Source: a virus (taxonomy: Duplodnaviria; Caudoviricetes). Taken from it: a stretch of 38,488 nucleotides of DNA. A model generated the notes under the pieces. It did no database searches and was not told the origin of the DNA. It saw only the letters and a program-made list of their open reading frames with translations. Every line of letters starts with the position of its first letter. Within the stretch, counting starts at the first letter, position 1. The stretch covers positions 1-38,488 of the IMG/VR virus record IMGVR_UViG_3300025896_000011, one strand, 5' to 3'. Positions 1-8,650 of the stretch are shown here, one piece after another. A program made the translations under genes and the position numbers.

Positions 1-127
1 CTATCCAAAGACATTCTTATTGACCGCGAGAAGCGAGCTTTCCTTCGAAAGATTGCCACCCGTCAGGGAGAAGAGGATGTAGACGACATGATCATGGAAA
101 GAAACCCAGAGCTGGAAGCACAGATGC
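1..127. repeat. Terminal direct repeat (circular overlap), left copy
   Basis: 1-127 is identical to 38362-38488 (ctatccaaagac...gaagcacagatgc). A 127 nt overlap is typical of an assembler k-mer. Confidence 0.97.
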
Positions 128-231
128 AACAGCAAGGAATGGGTGGAATGCCAACCGATCAAGGACAGGGCATGTCAGCAGGGCAAGTAATGCAGAGAGG
201 AATTAACGACACCGGATATGGAGTTCAGTAA
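1..231 (+). CDS. Portal protein, C-terminal part (continues from 36784 across the circular join)
   Basis: Frame 1 reads LSKDILIDREKRAFLRK...QQQGMGGMP...GYGVQ* (TAA 229-231). It is in frame with the ORF starting at 36784; about 602 aa in total. Confidence 0.85.
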   Translation, partial: LSKDILIDREKRAFLRKIATRQGEEDVDDMIMERNPELEAQMQQQGMGGMPTDQGQGMSAGQVMQRGINDTGYGVQ

Positions 232-460
232 AGACGACCTCATTTACCTCAAGGAAGCGATTGAGTCTGATGTATTTCAGGCTTACATTGCCAAACCTAT
301 GAAGGACTACCGAAGAGAGCAACAGAACAATTTCTTCCCAAAAGACCTTCTTGAAAGCTACCGGAATGGGGGACGAGTTGAAGGAGTAGACAACTTCATG
401 AACTGCATTAGCATTTTGAACGAAGATTTAAAAACCAAGATAGACGAAGAGTTGGAGTAG
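218..460 (+). CDS. Small conserved head-region protein between portal and scaffold
   Basis: 80 aa ORF overlapping the portal stop, in a position typical of podovirus head modules. Confidence 0.65.
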   Translation: MEFSKDDLIYLKEAIESDVFQAYIAKPMKDYRREQQNNFFPKDLLESYRNGGRVEGVDNFMNCISILNEDLKTKIDEELE

Positions 461-591
461 TCATAGATCAGAGCAGTCGGGCGATGCATAACCCGACACC
501 TCTGGCTTATGAAGCAGACGCTTCTAAAGGCGAATAAGCCACTTTCAGGATTGTAATTATGGCCTGATCGTACATTCACAATTTATTGATT

Positions 592-1314
592 ATGGATAAT
601 CACGAAAACAACCAAGCACCCGTAGGAGCAGAAGGCGCTACTTCTTCTCAGGATAATGCCCAGGTTCAAGTGACCCAGCCAGTTGCCCCCCAAGCACCCG
701 TTAGCGCAGGAGTTATGGGACAAGGAACTGGTCAAGCACAACCCTGGGAACAAGATGAGAGGTTTAAAGGTAAAACCGCAGACGACATCTGGAAAGCATA
801 CCAAAACGCTGAATCACTCGTAGGACAAGCCAGCCAGAAAGCTAGCCTCGTAAACGAGTTGGAACAAGTTACCGGTATGTCACCTGACGAAATCCGAAAC
901 TACCTACAGGCCCACCAGCAACAGCAACTACAACAGCAAATACAGCAAAACCCTCTTGCGTATGTTGATAGCCGAGTTCAGGATTTGGAGAACACTATTG
1001 CTCTTCAGAACCAAGAAAAGGAGCTGGACACATTCTTGCAAGCAAACCCCGAATACTCAGAATTTAGAGACAAAATCTTCGACATTGGTACTACTATAGC
1101 TACCGATAAACCGTATGACGAAATCGCTAAAGAATGGTTCGGATCTGCCATTGCCCAGGGACAAAACAGTGCGTATCAGAAAATTGATACGAAACAGAAA
1201 CAACAAGCAACAGGTACTTCCACTGCACCACAAAACCCAGGCGTTGGCGCATTAGGCGCTCTTCCAAGAGCTGCCCGCATCAAAGCCTTCGAACAAATGG
1301 TTCAGCAAGGATAG
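592..1314 (+). CDS. Capsid scaffolding protein
   Basis: Low-complexity Q/P/A N-terminus, 'RFKGKTADDIWKAYQNAESLVG' motif typical of phage scaffolds, coiled-coil region, directly upstream of the capsid gene. ATG at 592 preferred. Confidence 0.75.
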   Translation: MDNHENNQAPVGAEGATSSQDNAQVQVTQPVAPQAPVSAGVMGQGTGQAQPWEQDERFKGKTADDIWKAYQNAESLVGQASQKASLVNELEQVTGMSPDEIRNYLQAHQQQQLQQQIQQNPLAYVDSRVQDLENTIALQNQEKELDTFLQANPEYSEFRDKIFDIGTTIATDKPYDEIAKEWFGSAIAQGQNSAYQKIDTKQKQQATGTSTAPQNPGVGALGALPRAARIKAFEQMVQQG

Positions 1315-1329
1315 TACTTGGAAAAATTT

Positions 1330-2262
1330 ATGGCAGACGTAAATGTCCTGACCACTAATGCTTTCAACGCATACGATGTTCCTCAGTATTACGATGACCT
1401 CTTCTTAGAGCGAGCCAAGCTCATGCTCAAGTACGAGAACCTCTTCGTATTCAAAACTATTCCTGAAAATACAGGAAAAACAGTTTTCTGGGATCGTATG
1501 AAGCCTCGTGCCATTACCGGAGCCGCTCTTACAGAAGCTACGAATGGTGAATCTGTAGCCAGCTCATCTGAACAAGTTTCGGCCATTGTGTCCGAGAAAG
1601 GTTCATGGGAAAAGATTTCATCTCTTTATTCTCTCACTGCGTTTAGTACCGCAATGAAAGAACGAGTTGAAGTTATGGGACAACACGCGGGTGAAGAAAT
1701 CGACACCCTTCAGCGTGATGCTCTCTATGCTGGTGCCACCGTGCAGCTTGCTAACTCAAAGCCACACGCTTCTTCTATCGCTTCTACCGACACTATGTCT
1801 GTAGTTGAAGTTAGAAAAGCTGTTAAGCAATTGAAGCGAAACAAAGCTCCATTGTGGGAAGACGGATTCTACAAAGGCGTGTTCTCTCTTTCTGGTATTT
1901 CTGACCTCCAAGGTGATACAAACCAGGGTAACTTCGTTACTGCAAACCAGTACAAGACCCCTGAAAAGATCAAGGACGGAGAAGTTGGAAAGATCGCAGG
2001 AGCCGTTATCTTCGAAACCAACAACGAAAAAGTTGAAACCTCATACAGCAATGTATACTCCAACTTCATCGGTGGTAAAGAAGCTATGGCAACTGTTGAC
2101 ATCGCAGGAAAAGGAACTCAGTTGTACAACAAGAAGCCTGGTAAGAACAGCACCGACAACCCGTTGGAAATGTTCTCTACCTTGGGATGGAAAGTCCCAG
2201 CTTTTGCTACAGCTACGTTGAACGCGAACTGGATCATCAACATCAAGACCTACGGAGTCTAA
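1330..2262 (+). CDS. Major capsid protein (HK97 fold, N4-gp56-like family)
   Basis: About 310 aa with IPENTGKTVFW, LTE, GEVGKIAGAVIFET and 'STDNPLEMFSTLGWK' motifs; follows the scaffold gene. Confidence 0.85.
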   Translation: MADVNVLTTNAFNAYDVPQYYDDLFLERAKLMLKYENLFVFKTIPENTGKTVFWDRMKPRAITGAALTEATNGESVASSSEQVSAIVSEKGSWEKISSLYSLTAFSTAMKERVEVMGQHAGEEIDTLQRDALYAGATVQLANSKPHASSIASTDTMSVVEVRKAVKQLKRNKAPLWEDGFYKGVFSLSGISDLQGDTNQGNFVTANQYKTPEKIKDGEVGKIAGAVIFETNNEKVETSYSNVYSNFIGGKEAMATVDIAGKGTQLYNKKPGKNSTDNPLEMFSTLGWKVPAFATATLNANWIINIKTYGV

Positions 2263-2378
2263 CCAAGTCGGAGACGCTGGCTCTCTCTATTACTCAACCA
2301 GCACCTGATTACTTGGGCGAAGCGACCTCATCAATTCGCCCAAAATGAGGAAGTAATAAAACCCTTAAAACAAACCCT

Positions 2379-2633
2379 ATGAAACTGATTAATACCTCAA
2401 GCGTTCTTTTACAAGATAAGGAATACAAACCGAAAAAAGCAAAGAAAGGTGAACCTGAACCTCCAAAAGAGAATCCGGAGATCCTTTGGGAAGCGACAGT
2501 CGTGCAGTGCGGTGACGGAAGCCTGAAGAAAGGTGACCGCGTCGTATACAACCGACTGGGCAACCTGCCATTTGATTTCGGGAAGTCTCACTGTGTCTTA
2601 GCTGACATGCGAGACATTATCGCAAAGCTATGA
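2379..2633 (+). CDS. groES: GroES/Cpn10-like co-chaperonin
   Basis: 84 aa; EATVVQCG..LKKGDRVVY...L...DIIAKL matches the Cpn10 pattern (GEVVAVG..VKVGDKVLF...DILAV). The mobile loop is divergent. Confidence 0.7.
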   Translation: MKLINTSSVLLQDKEYKPKKAKKGEPEPPKENPEILWEATVVQCGDGSLKKGDRVVYNRLGNLPFDFGKSHCVLADMRDIIAKL

Positions 2634-2956
2634 CCACTGACGAAAGGTTCAAAGAAGAGGCAGAGTATCGAGGATTTGAAGTAGGAGATGCCTACACATA
2701 CCCGAGAGACATGAAGCCCGTGACCTTTCGAGGCGTAAGAATGTTCAACATACCAGCCAAGATGTACCCCTTTGAAAAGGAAGACATCCGGTATAAGACA
2801 GTCAACATGCCTGCTCGTCACTTACAGCTTTGTCAGTTCCGACTGCGAATGGAGTGGTACAAGATTCATTCAACTCAATGGTTTGCCGAGACCCTAAAGG
2901 AAATGGCCAACCAGAAATTTAACCCTCATGAATATGAAGTATCCGAACAAAATTAA
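2630..2956 (+). CDS. Hypothetical protein
   Basis: 108 aa ORF with ATGA overlap to the groES-like gene. Confidence 0.6.
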   Translation: MTTDERFKEEAEYRGFEVGDAYTYPRDMKPVTFRGVRMFNIPAKMYPFEKEDIRYKTVNMPARHLQLCQFRLRMEWYKIHSTQWFAETLKEMANQKFNPHEYEVSEQN

Positions 2957-4601
2957 GACATTCGCGCAGTGGACTGATTGGAACCGCAAGGGAGCCAAAG
3001 GTCATTATGGCGGCATTGGGTGGTACCGAATCGTTAACGGTTTGGGAAAAATCCAGAATGTTACTGTCGTTGGCGAGAAAGAGATAGGAGGCAAAGATAG
3101 GGCAGAAATAGCCAAAAAGATTGGTGAGAACAAGGTCATGTACATCAAGTACATTGACTCGATCAATCCGATCATGCACCTACTCGCTATCCGCGACTCA
3201 CAGGACATGAAGCTGATAGTGGATATTGATGACAACGTCTTCAAAGTTCACCCTCACAACTATGCCTACAAAGATATTTCTCCCGAATCCGAAGCAGTAC
3301 AGAACTTCGCTTTCCTCTTTAAGGAAGCGGACGCTTTAGTTTGTTCTACCGAACCATTGGCTGAGTACATGAAGGCATACAACAAGAATGTCTTTGTTAT
3401 TCCCAACACAACCGATCCAGAAATCTGGAATGTTCCCGTCAAGAAAAACAGGAGCAAGAAGATTCGCATTGGTTGGGTCAACGGGCCAACCCACGAGCAA
3501 GACGCGCCAGTATTAGTACCTGTGCTGAAAGAGCTTTTCAAGAAGTATGGCGATCATATTGAGTTTCACCACATTGGGTGGCAATCTCCTGAGTTCGACA
3601 ATATCAAAGGAGATCAGAAGATGGTCTTCGGAACGAAAGGCTTCAAAGAGTACCCAGCATTTCTTGCCTCACTTGGCATGGACATTCTGGTTGCTCCACT
3701 GATTGACGATGAATTCAACAGAGGAAAGTCCCACATCAAGTGGATGGAGGGAGCAATGCTGGAAATACCCATGGTTTGCTCTGATGTATACCCATACAGC
3801 AAGGCAGTTACACATGGAAAAGATGGATTTCTTGCAAAGAGTACCTCTGAATGGATCAAATACCTCTCTTGGCTTATAGAAGACAAGGAATTACGCCAGA
3901 AAATCGGTAAGGAAGCCAAAGTAAAGACTCTGGCTGAACACCAGGTCAAAGATGTGCTTCCTAAGTATGTAGAAGTACTTGAAAGTGTGGCAAAACCAGA
4001 CCCAGAAGTCACTGTAGTGATCACAAGACGCAAAGGAGAGTCAGATAAGGAGAGCCTAGGAAGCCTTCAGAGGCAAACCTACCGCAATATCAAGTTCATT
4101 CGCCTAGAAGACAGGCTCGAAGAAGGAGCCAATGTACTTCGAAACAGAGGATGGAAGAAAGCAAAGAGTCCTTATGTACTCTTCTCTGATAACGACCTCA
4201 CTTGGAACCCTTTTGCAGTTAAAAAGCTCGTAAAGGCACTCGAAGATAACCCAGACTGTGACTATTCATTCGGAGCATACCTCTGGAACTGGGATGGCAA
4301 GGTTAACGTCTCCTGTGACGAGCTGTGGTCGGCTGAGAGACTCAAAGATTGGAAGAAAGGCAACATTGTCTCAACCATGGCGTTAGTCCGTAGGGAAGCG
4401 TTTACAGGCTTTGATCCCGAAGTGAAAAGACTTCAAGACTGGGATGCTTGGCTCACTATGCTGGAGCATGGCAAGAAAGGGGTTCATTGTGGTGACATCA
4501 CCTTCGAGACCACCATCAAACAAGGAATCTCATTCGAGAACAAAGAGACCAGCTATCAAGACGCACTCGTGAAACTCGTTGCAAAACATAACCTCGAATA
4601 G
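2928..4601 (+). CDS. Bifunctional glycosyltransferase (GT-B/GT4-like N-terminal domain fused to GT-A/GT2 domain)
   Basis: N-terminal part has VDIDD, RIGWVNG, DILVAPLIDDEFNRGKSHIKWME and HGKDGFLA. C-terminal part has GANVLRNRG, VLFSDND (DxD) and LQDWDAWL. Confidence 0.88.
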   Translation: MNMKYPNKIKTFAQWTDWNRKGAKGHYGGIGWYRIVNGLGKIQNVTVVGEKEIGGKDRAEIAKKIGENKVMYIKYIDSINPIMHLLAIRDSQDMKLIVDIDDNVFKVHPHNYAYKDISPESEAVQNFAFLFKEADALVCSTEPLAEYMKAYNKNVFVIPNTTDPEIWNVPVKKNRSKKIRIGWVNGPTHEQDAPVLVPVLKELFKKYGDHIEFHHIGWQSPEFDNIKGDQKMVFGTKGFKEYPAFLASLGMDILVAPLIDDEFNRGKSHIKWMEGAMLEIPMVCSDVYPYSKAVTHGKDGFLAKSTSEWIKYLSWLIEDKELRQKIGKEAKVKTLAEHQVKDVLPKYVEVLESVAKPDPEVTVVITRRKGESDKESLGSLQRQTYRNIKFIRLEDRLEEGANVLRNRGWKKAKSPYVLFSDNDLTWNPFAVKKLVKALEDNPDCDYSFGAYLWNWDGKVNVSCDELWSAERLKDWKKGNIVSTMALVRREAFTGFDPEVKRLQDWDAWLTMLEHGKKGVHCGDITFETTIKQGISFENKETSYQDALVKLVAKHNLE

Positions 4602-4602
4602 T

Positions 4603-5304
4603 ATGAATGACTCAAAATACCCTCTAAAAATAGCCATCTTTACCATCACGAGAGATCGCTTGGAATACACGAAACGTTCCTTCAAAAGCTTGAAGAAGAA
4701 TGCCGGGTATCCATACGACCATTATGTGATTGACAACGGGTCAACCGATGGAACACAAGAATGGCTGAGTAAACAAAAAGGACTCACAGTTATCCAAATG
4801 TTCAAAGAGAACAAGGGTATCTCCAAAGCCTGCAATACAGCTTTGAATAGAATCCTCAAAGACGACTACGACTTGATCATCAAGATGGATAACGACTGCG
4901 AAATCATCTCTTCAGACATTCTGAAAGAGCTGGTTGGTATCTATTCATGTATCCCACCTTTCTATCAGAAATTCATGCTCTCACCGAGAGTGGAAGGTCT
5001 CAACCACCAGCCAGTCCGAAAGATGTTCATGGAAATAGATCAGCACAAGGTAGGGCTCACCGGGATCATTGGCGGAATCTTCCAGCCAGTGCCAGCAGAT
5101 TGCTACAAGCTTTACAAGTACGATGAAAAACTTCCAAAAGCCAAAGGGCAAGACGAACACCTGAACGGATGGTTCGGAGCTATGGGAGGTCAAGTCGGCT
5201 ATGTAGAAGACCTTGTAGTTGAACACATGGACACTACCGAAGGGCAGAAAGAGAAGTACCCAGAATACTTTGAACGAAAGAAAGGAGAAGAATCTTATGG
5301 ATAA
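4603..5304 (+). CDS. Glycosyltransferase family 2
   Basis: IDNGSTDGT, NKGISKACN and IKMDND motifs; ATG at 4603 directly after the upstream TAG. Confidence 0.88.
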   Translation: MNDSKYPLKIAIFTITRDRLEYTKRSFKSLKKNAGYPYDHYVIDNGSTDGTQEWLSKQKGLTVIQMFKENKGISKACNTALNRILKDDYDLIIKMDNDCEIISSDILKELVGIYSCIPPFYQKFMLSPRVEGLNHQPVRKMFMEIDQHKVGLTGIIGGIFQPVPADCYKLYKYDEKLPKAKGQDEHLNGWFGAMGGQVGYVEDLVVEHMDTTEGQKEKYPEYFERKKGEESYG

Positions 5305-6394
5305 AGTCAGAAGCAAGAACATCAATACCAAAAAGTATTGGGACGGATTCTACAAAAACTCCAAAGACGACATCGACCTGGAAAGGTTTGAATCGCTGGC
5401 TCATGTCGTTAAAGACGGAGACAAGATTTTGGATGTTGGAGGAGGCAGTGGAGAACTGCTCGAGTACATTGGAAATCGATTCAAAGTCAAGCGTACTCTT
5501 TGCGACATCTCACAGAAAGGCATTGATAAAGCACTGAAGCTTGGAAGGACTGAAAAGGGATTAGTAGGTGATATCTACAAACTTCCATTCAAGTCTAAGA
5601 GTTTTGATGTCGTTCTCTGTGCAGAGACACTGGAACATCTAGAGAATCCTGAAGCGGCAGTCAAAGAGCTCATGAGAGTAGCCAAACGCTATGTATCGAT
5701 CTCAGTTCCTTTTGGTTCAGCCATTCAAGACGAAGCTCATCTGTTTGAATACATGCCGGAAGACATGGTCAATATGCTTCAGCCCTATGGATATCTTCGC
5801 ATCTACCAGACTTCAGGCGGAATGATAATGGTGTCTCACCTAGAGAAAAAAACACAATATATTGTGGATGCTGACGACTTTTGTGAAGACAACCATGGAT
5901 TGCAAGACCTGATGTTCATTAAGAGCCAGATCCCAAACTTTAAGATAACGCTGTTCACCATACCAGGACGATGCTCCAAGAAGTTTCTAAACAAGATTAA
6001 GAAGCTTGATTGGATTGACATGGTACCTCATGGATGGTTGCACCCAGACTCTTACGAGTGCTTGGAGTGGACATACGAACAGTCAAAAGAATACCTGAAA
6101 AAGATTAAACCTCTAGGACTCACAAAAGGATTTAAAGCACCAGGCTGGCAAATATCAGATGGCATGTACAAGGCACTGAAAGAAGAAGGTTACTGGGTAG
6201 CTGATCAAGAGTACAACAACCACCGCAGACCAAAGATGCCTCATTACAACTTGGAGGATTACTCACACTACCGGAAGCATTATCACATCGGTCACTTAGG
6301 TGGCCACAACAACAATGCCATCAGAGATCGCATACAAGAAATTCTCTCTTTAGAGGGAGAGTTCGGTTTCATCAAAGATTCCCTATCTGAATAA
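5297..6394 (+). CDS. Class I SAM methyltransferase fused to a NodB/polysaccharide-deacetylase-like domain
   Basis: ILDVGGGSG, LPFKSKSFDVV and ETLEHL (methyltransferase), followed by VDADDF, TLFTIP, HGWLH and FKAPGW (CE4/NodB-like). Confidence 0.78.
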   Translation: MDKVRSKNINTKKYWDGFYKNSKDDIDLERFESLAHVVKDGDKILDVGGGSGELLEYIGNRFKVKRTLCDISQKGIDKALKLGRTEKGLVGDIYKLPFKSKSFDVVLCAETLEHLENPEAAVKELMRVAKRYVSISVPFGSAIQDEAHLFEYMPEDMVNMLQPYGYLRIYQTSGGMIMVSHLEKKTQYIVDADDFCEDNHGLQDLMFIKSQIPNFKITLFTIPGRCSKKFLNKIKKLDWIDMVPHGWLHPDSYECLEWTYEQSKEYLKKIKPLGLTKGFKAPGWQISDGMYKALKEEGYWVADQEYNNHRRPKMPHYNLEDYSHYRKHYHIGHLGGHNNNAIRDRIQEILSLEGEFGFIKDSLSE

Positions 6395-6404
6395 GATAGA
6401 GGTT

Positions 6405-6445
6405 TCTGTTCTGGGGGCTTTGAGGGTTGAAGTCCTCGGAACAGA
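6405..6445 (+). other. 16-bp intergenic RNA hairpin
   Basis: tctgttctgggggctt (6405-6420) pairs with aagtcctcggaacaga (6430-6445), including 3 G-U pairs, so it is + strand specific. Confidence 0.7.
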
Positions 6446-6470
6446 GAGCTTTATACAAAAATAAAAAATT

Positions 6471-7106
6471 ATGGCATACGCGAAAGCCACATTACAGGAT
6501 CTACTCCAATCTATTGCTGACCAGCATGACGGAGGAAATCTTACAACTAATACAGGCACACTCGGCTATTGGACGAGGCTTCTTAATCGCGCCCAAGAGT
6601 ATGCGGCAGGAGAGCTAGAAGTTGTAAAGAAAGAACAAGTGACTGTTGCTTCTGGAATCTACTCGCTCGGGGCAAATTTTCGTTATTTTGACCGAATAAC
6701 CACTACATCTGGTGTTCCACTGAATCTTATATCACAAGACCAGTCAGTAGGAATGTCAGGGCTCTATTACTGGATTACCGGGAACTTCTTCGATGGCTAT
6801 GTTTTGAACGTGCCAGTTGATGGGGATTACATTCTTTTCTACCCATACCGAGTAAGCCCAATGAGTGCGACTACAGACGTTTGCATCATCCCTGAGCCGG
6901 AAGCTGTGTGGGCAAGAGCATACGCTGACATTCGTCTTGCGGAGACTGACCCACTGGAAGACGCGCAGCAGTTCTTAGAGCGCTCACAATTCCTTATCGA
7001 ACGAATGAAGTCTGATAAACAGAAAAACGACCAAGAGCTTGCATTCGCTATTCCACCAGACACCGACCAAAGAACCAGCCCTTCTGATCCGCTAAGTTTT
7101 GACTAG
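6471..7106 (+). CDS. Head-tail adaptor / tail tubular protein A-like
   Basis: 211 aa with 'TLQDL' start and 'RLLNRAQ' helix; first gene of the tail block. Confidence 0.6.
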   Translation: MAYAKATLQDLLQSIADQHDGGNLTTNTGTLGYWTRLLNRAQEYAAGELEVVKKEQVTVASGIYSLGANFRYFDRITTTSGVPLNLISQDQSVGMSGLYYWITGNFFDGYVLNVPVDGDYILFYPYRVSPMSATTDVCIIPEPEAVWARAYADIRLAETDPLEDAQQFLERSQFLIERMKSDKQKNDQELAFAIPPDTDQRTSPSDPLSFD

Positions 7107-7108
7107 AG

Positions 7109-8647
7109 ATGGCTATTGAAGCACTGACATTAGACGACTTCGCCAAAGGGCAAAACACCTATACGCGAGACACCATGATTGCCGATAACGAAAGTCCCGG
7201 TGCTTTGAATGTTTATGGCGTAGGTAAAAACTCCATAGCAAAACGTCCTGGGACAGTGCTTTTCTGCACCATTCCAGGTGTTTCTAAAGTAGATGGTCTT
7301 GGCACCTTCAGTCTTGGAGCTACAAAGAAACAGGTAGCAATGGCAGGGGGAAGTCTCTACGACATCACTTCTGGTTCACCTGTGCTTATTGCTTCTGGTT
7401 GGACATCAGGACTGAAGACAGACTTTTGCATGGCTGGCGCAAAGTTGTTCATTCAAAACGGGACTGATGTCCTCAAATACTACGATGGTACCACTGTGGC
7501 AACTCAGACCAACGGAATCATTGGAACGAATTGTATCTTCTACAAATCATGTCTTTGGACTTTTGGGAACAGCTCAAGTGGAAACGAAACACGACTGTAT
7601 CGCTCTGGATCGGATGCAAGTATTGGAGATTTTACATACAACGTCTCAACCAATCCATTGGCAACTTCCATCTACATTTCGAAAGATGATGGACAGAAAT
7701 TGAAAGGACTCTACAAATTCCAAGACTTCTTGTACGCAGTAAAGGAGCGCTCTTTGTACCGAGCGGCAGTAGCCGCAGACAGTGCCGGAACTATTTCTTT
7801 GGAAATGGTTGACCCTTCTCGAGGTACTGACTCTCACGCAACGATTGACTCTGTAGAGAATGACAACTTCATGTTCTACGAATACGGGGTACTGGCCACA
7901 GGTTACGAGCCGAACATTCTCGACCAGATTCGTACCAACATTGTCTCTACTCGAATCGACCCGGATATCAAGTCAATTCAGAAGTCGGCTCTACCGAACA
8001 CTTGCGGACTGTACTTTGATCAGCGCTACCATCTTTCTTACGCTTCTGGAGGTTCAGCATACAACGATACGATCCATGCTTATGACCGTCAGCGCTTAGG
8101 TTGGTGGAAGTGGCAATTAGCCGCGCAGTGTTTCAACTCTTTCAAGGACGGAAGTGGATACACGCGCATGTACTTCGGATCCTCTACTGATGGGAAGATC
8201 TACTACTTTGACGACAGTTCCCGATCAGACAACCAATTATCATTTTCAACCTCTTGGCTATCTCCAAAATTCTCATTCAAAGAGTACTCAAGAGAAAAAT
8301 TCTATCTCAACACATTGCTCTATATGGGCAAGAGAACCGGAACAGTAACTATCAATATTTATGTAGATGGTGAGCTCATAAATACGGAGGTAGTAGCAAT
8401 CGGAAGTAGTGGTGGAGGAGGAATAGGAGTGGGAGCAATAGGAGCATTCGCCATCGGTGCAGAACCAGGAAACTTCCAACCAGCATCTAACCTCGGAGCA
8501 GACTTCATCTCAGTATCAGTAAACAAAATTGGAAGAAATATACAGGTCGAAATCCTCGAAGACGAAGCGAGTGGAAGTTGGGAATTGAACGCTCTCGTAT
8601 TCCAAATCAAGAAACTCAACCCAATTTACCAGCCTAATACTTTATAG
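7109..8647 (+). CDS. Tail nozzle / DNA stabilisation protein (P22 gp10 or T7 gp12-like beta-propeller)
   Basis: 512 aa, beta-rich, with the N-terminal 'IAKRPGT' motif; follows the adaptor gene. Confidence 0.68.
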   Translation: MAIEALTLDDFAKGQNTYTRDTMIADNESPGALNVYGVGKNSIAKRPGTVLFCTIPGVSKVDGLGTFSLGATKKQVAMAGGSLYDITSGSPVLIASGWTSGLKTDFCMAGAKLFIQNGTDVLKYYDGTTVATQTNGIIGTNCIFYKSCLWTFGNSSSGNETRLYRSGSDASIGDFTYNVSTNPLATSIYISKDDGQKLKGLYKFQDFLYAVKERSLYRAAVAADSAGTISLEMVDPSRGTDSHATIDSVENDNFMFYEYGVLATGYEPNILDQIRTNIVSTRIDPDIKSIQKSALPNTCGLYFDQRYHLSYASGGSAYNDTIHAYDRQRLGWWKWQLAAQCFNSFKDGSGYTRMYFGSSTDGKIYYFDDSSRSDNQLSFSTSWLSPKFSFKEYSREKFYLNTLLYMGKRTGTVTINIYVDGELINTEVVAIGSSGGGGIGVGAIGAFAIGAEPGNFQPASNLGADFISVSVNKIGRNIQVEILEDEASGSWELNALVFQIKKLNPIYQPNTL

Positions 8648-8650
8648 CTT

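Noticed and set aside
1-127. Biological terminal repeat
   Set aside because: It is exactly 127 nt and lies mid-portal gene, so it is best explained as an assembler k-mer overlap.
915-950. CAG/CAA repeat in the scaffold gene
   Set aside because: Ordinary poly-Gln low-complexity coding sequence.
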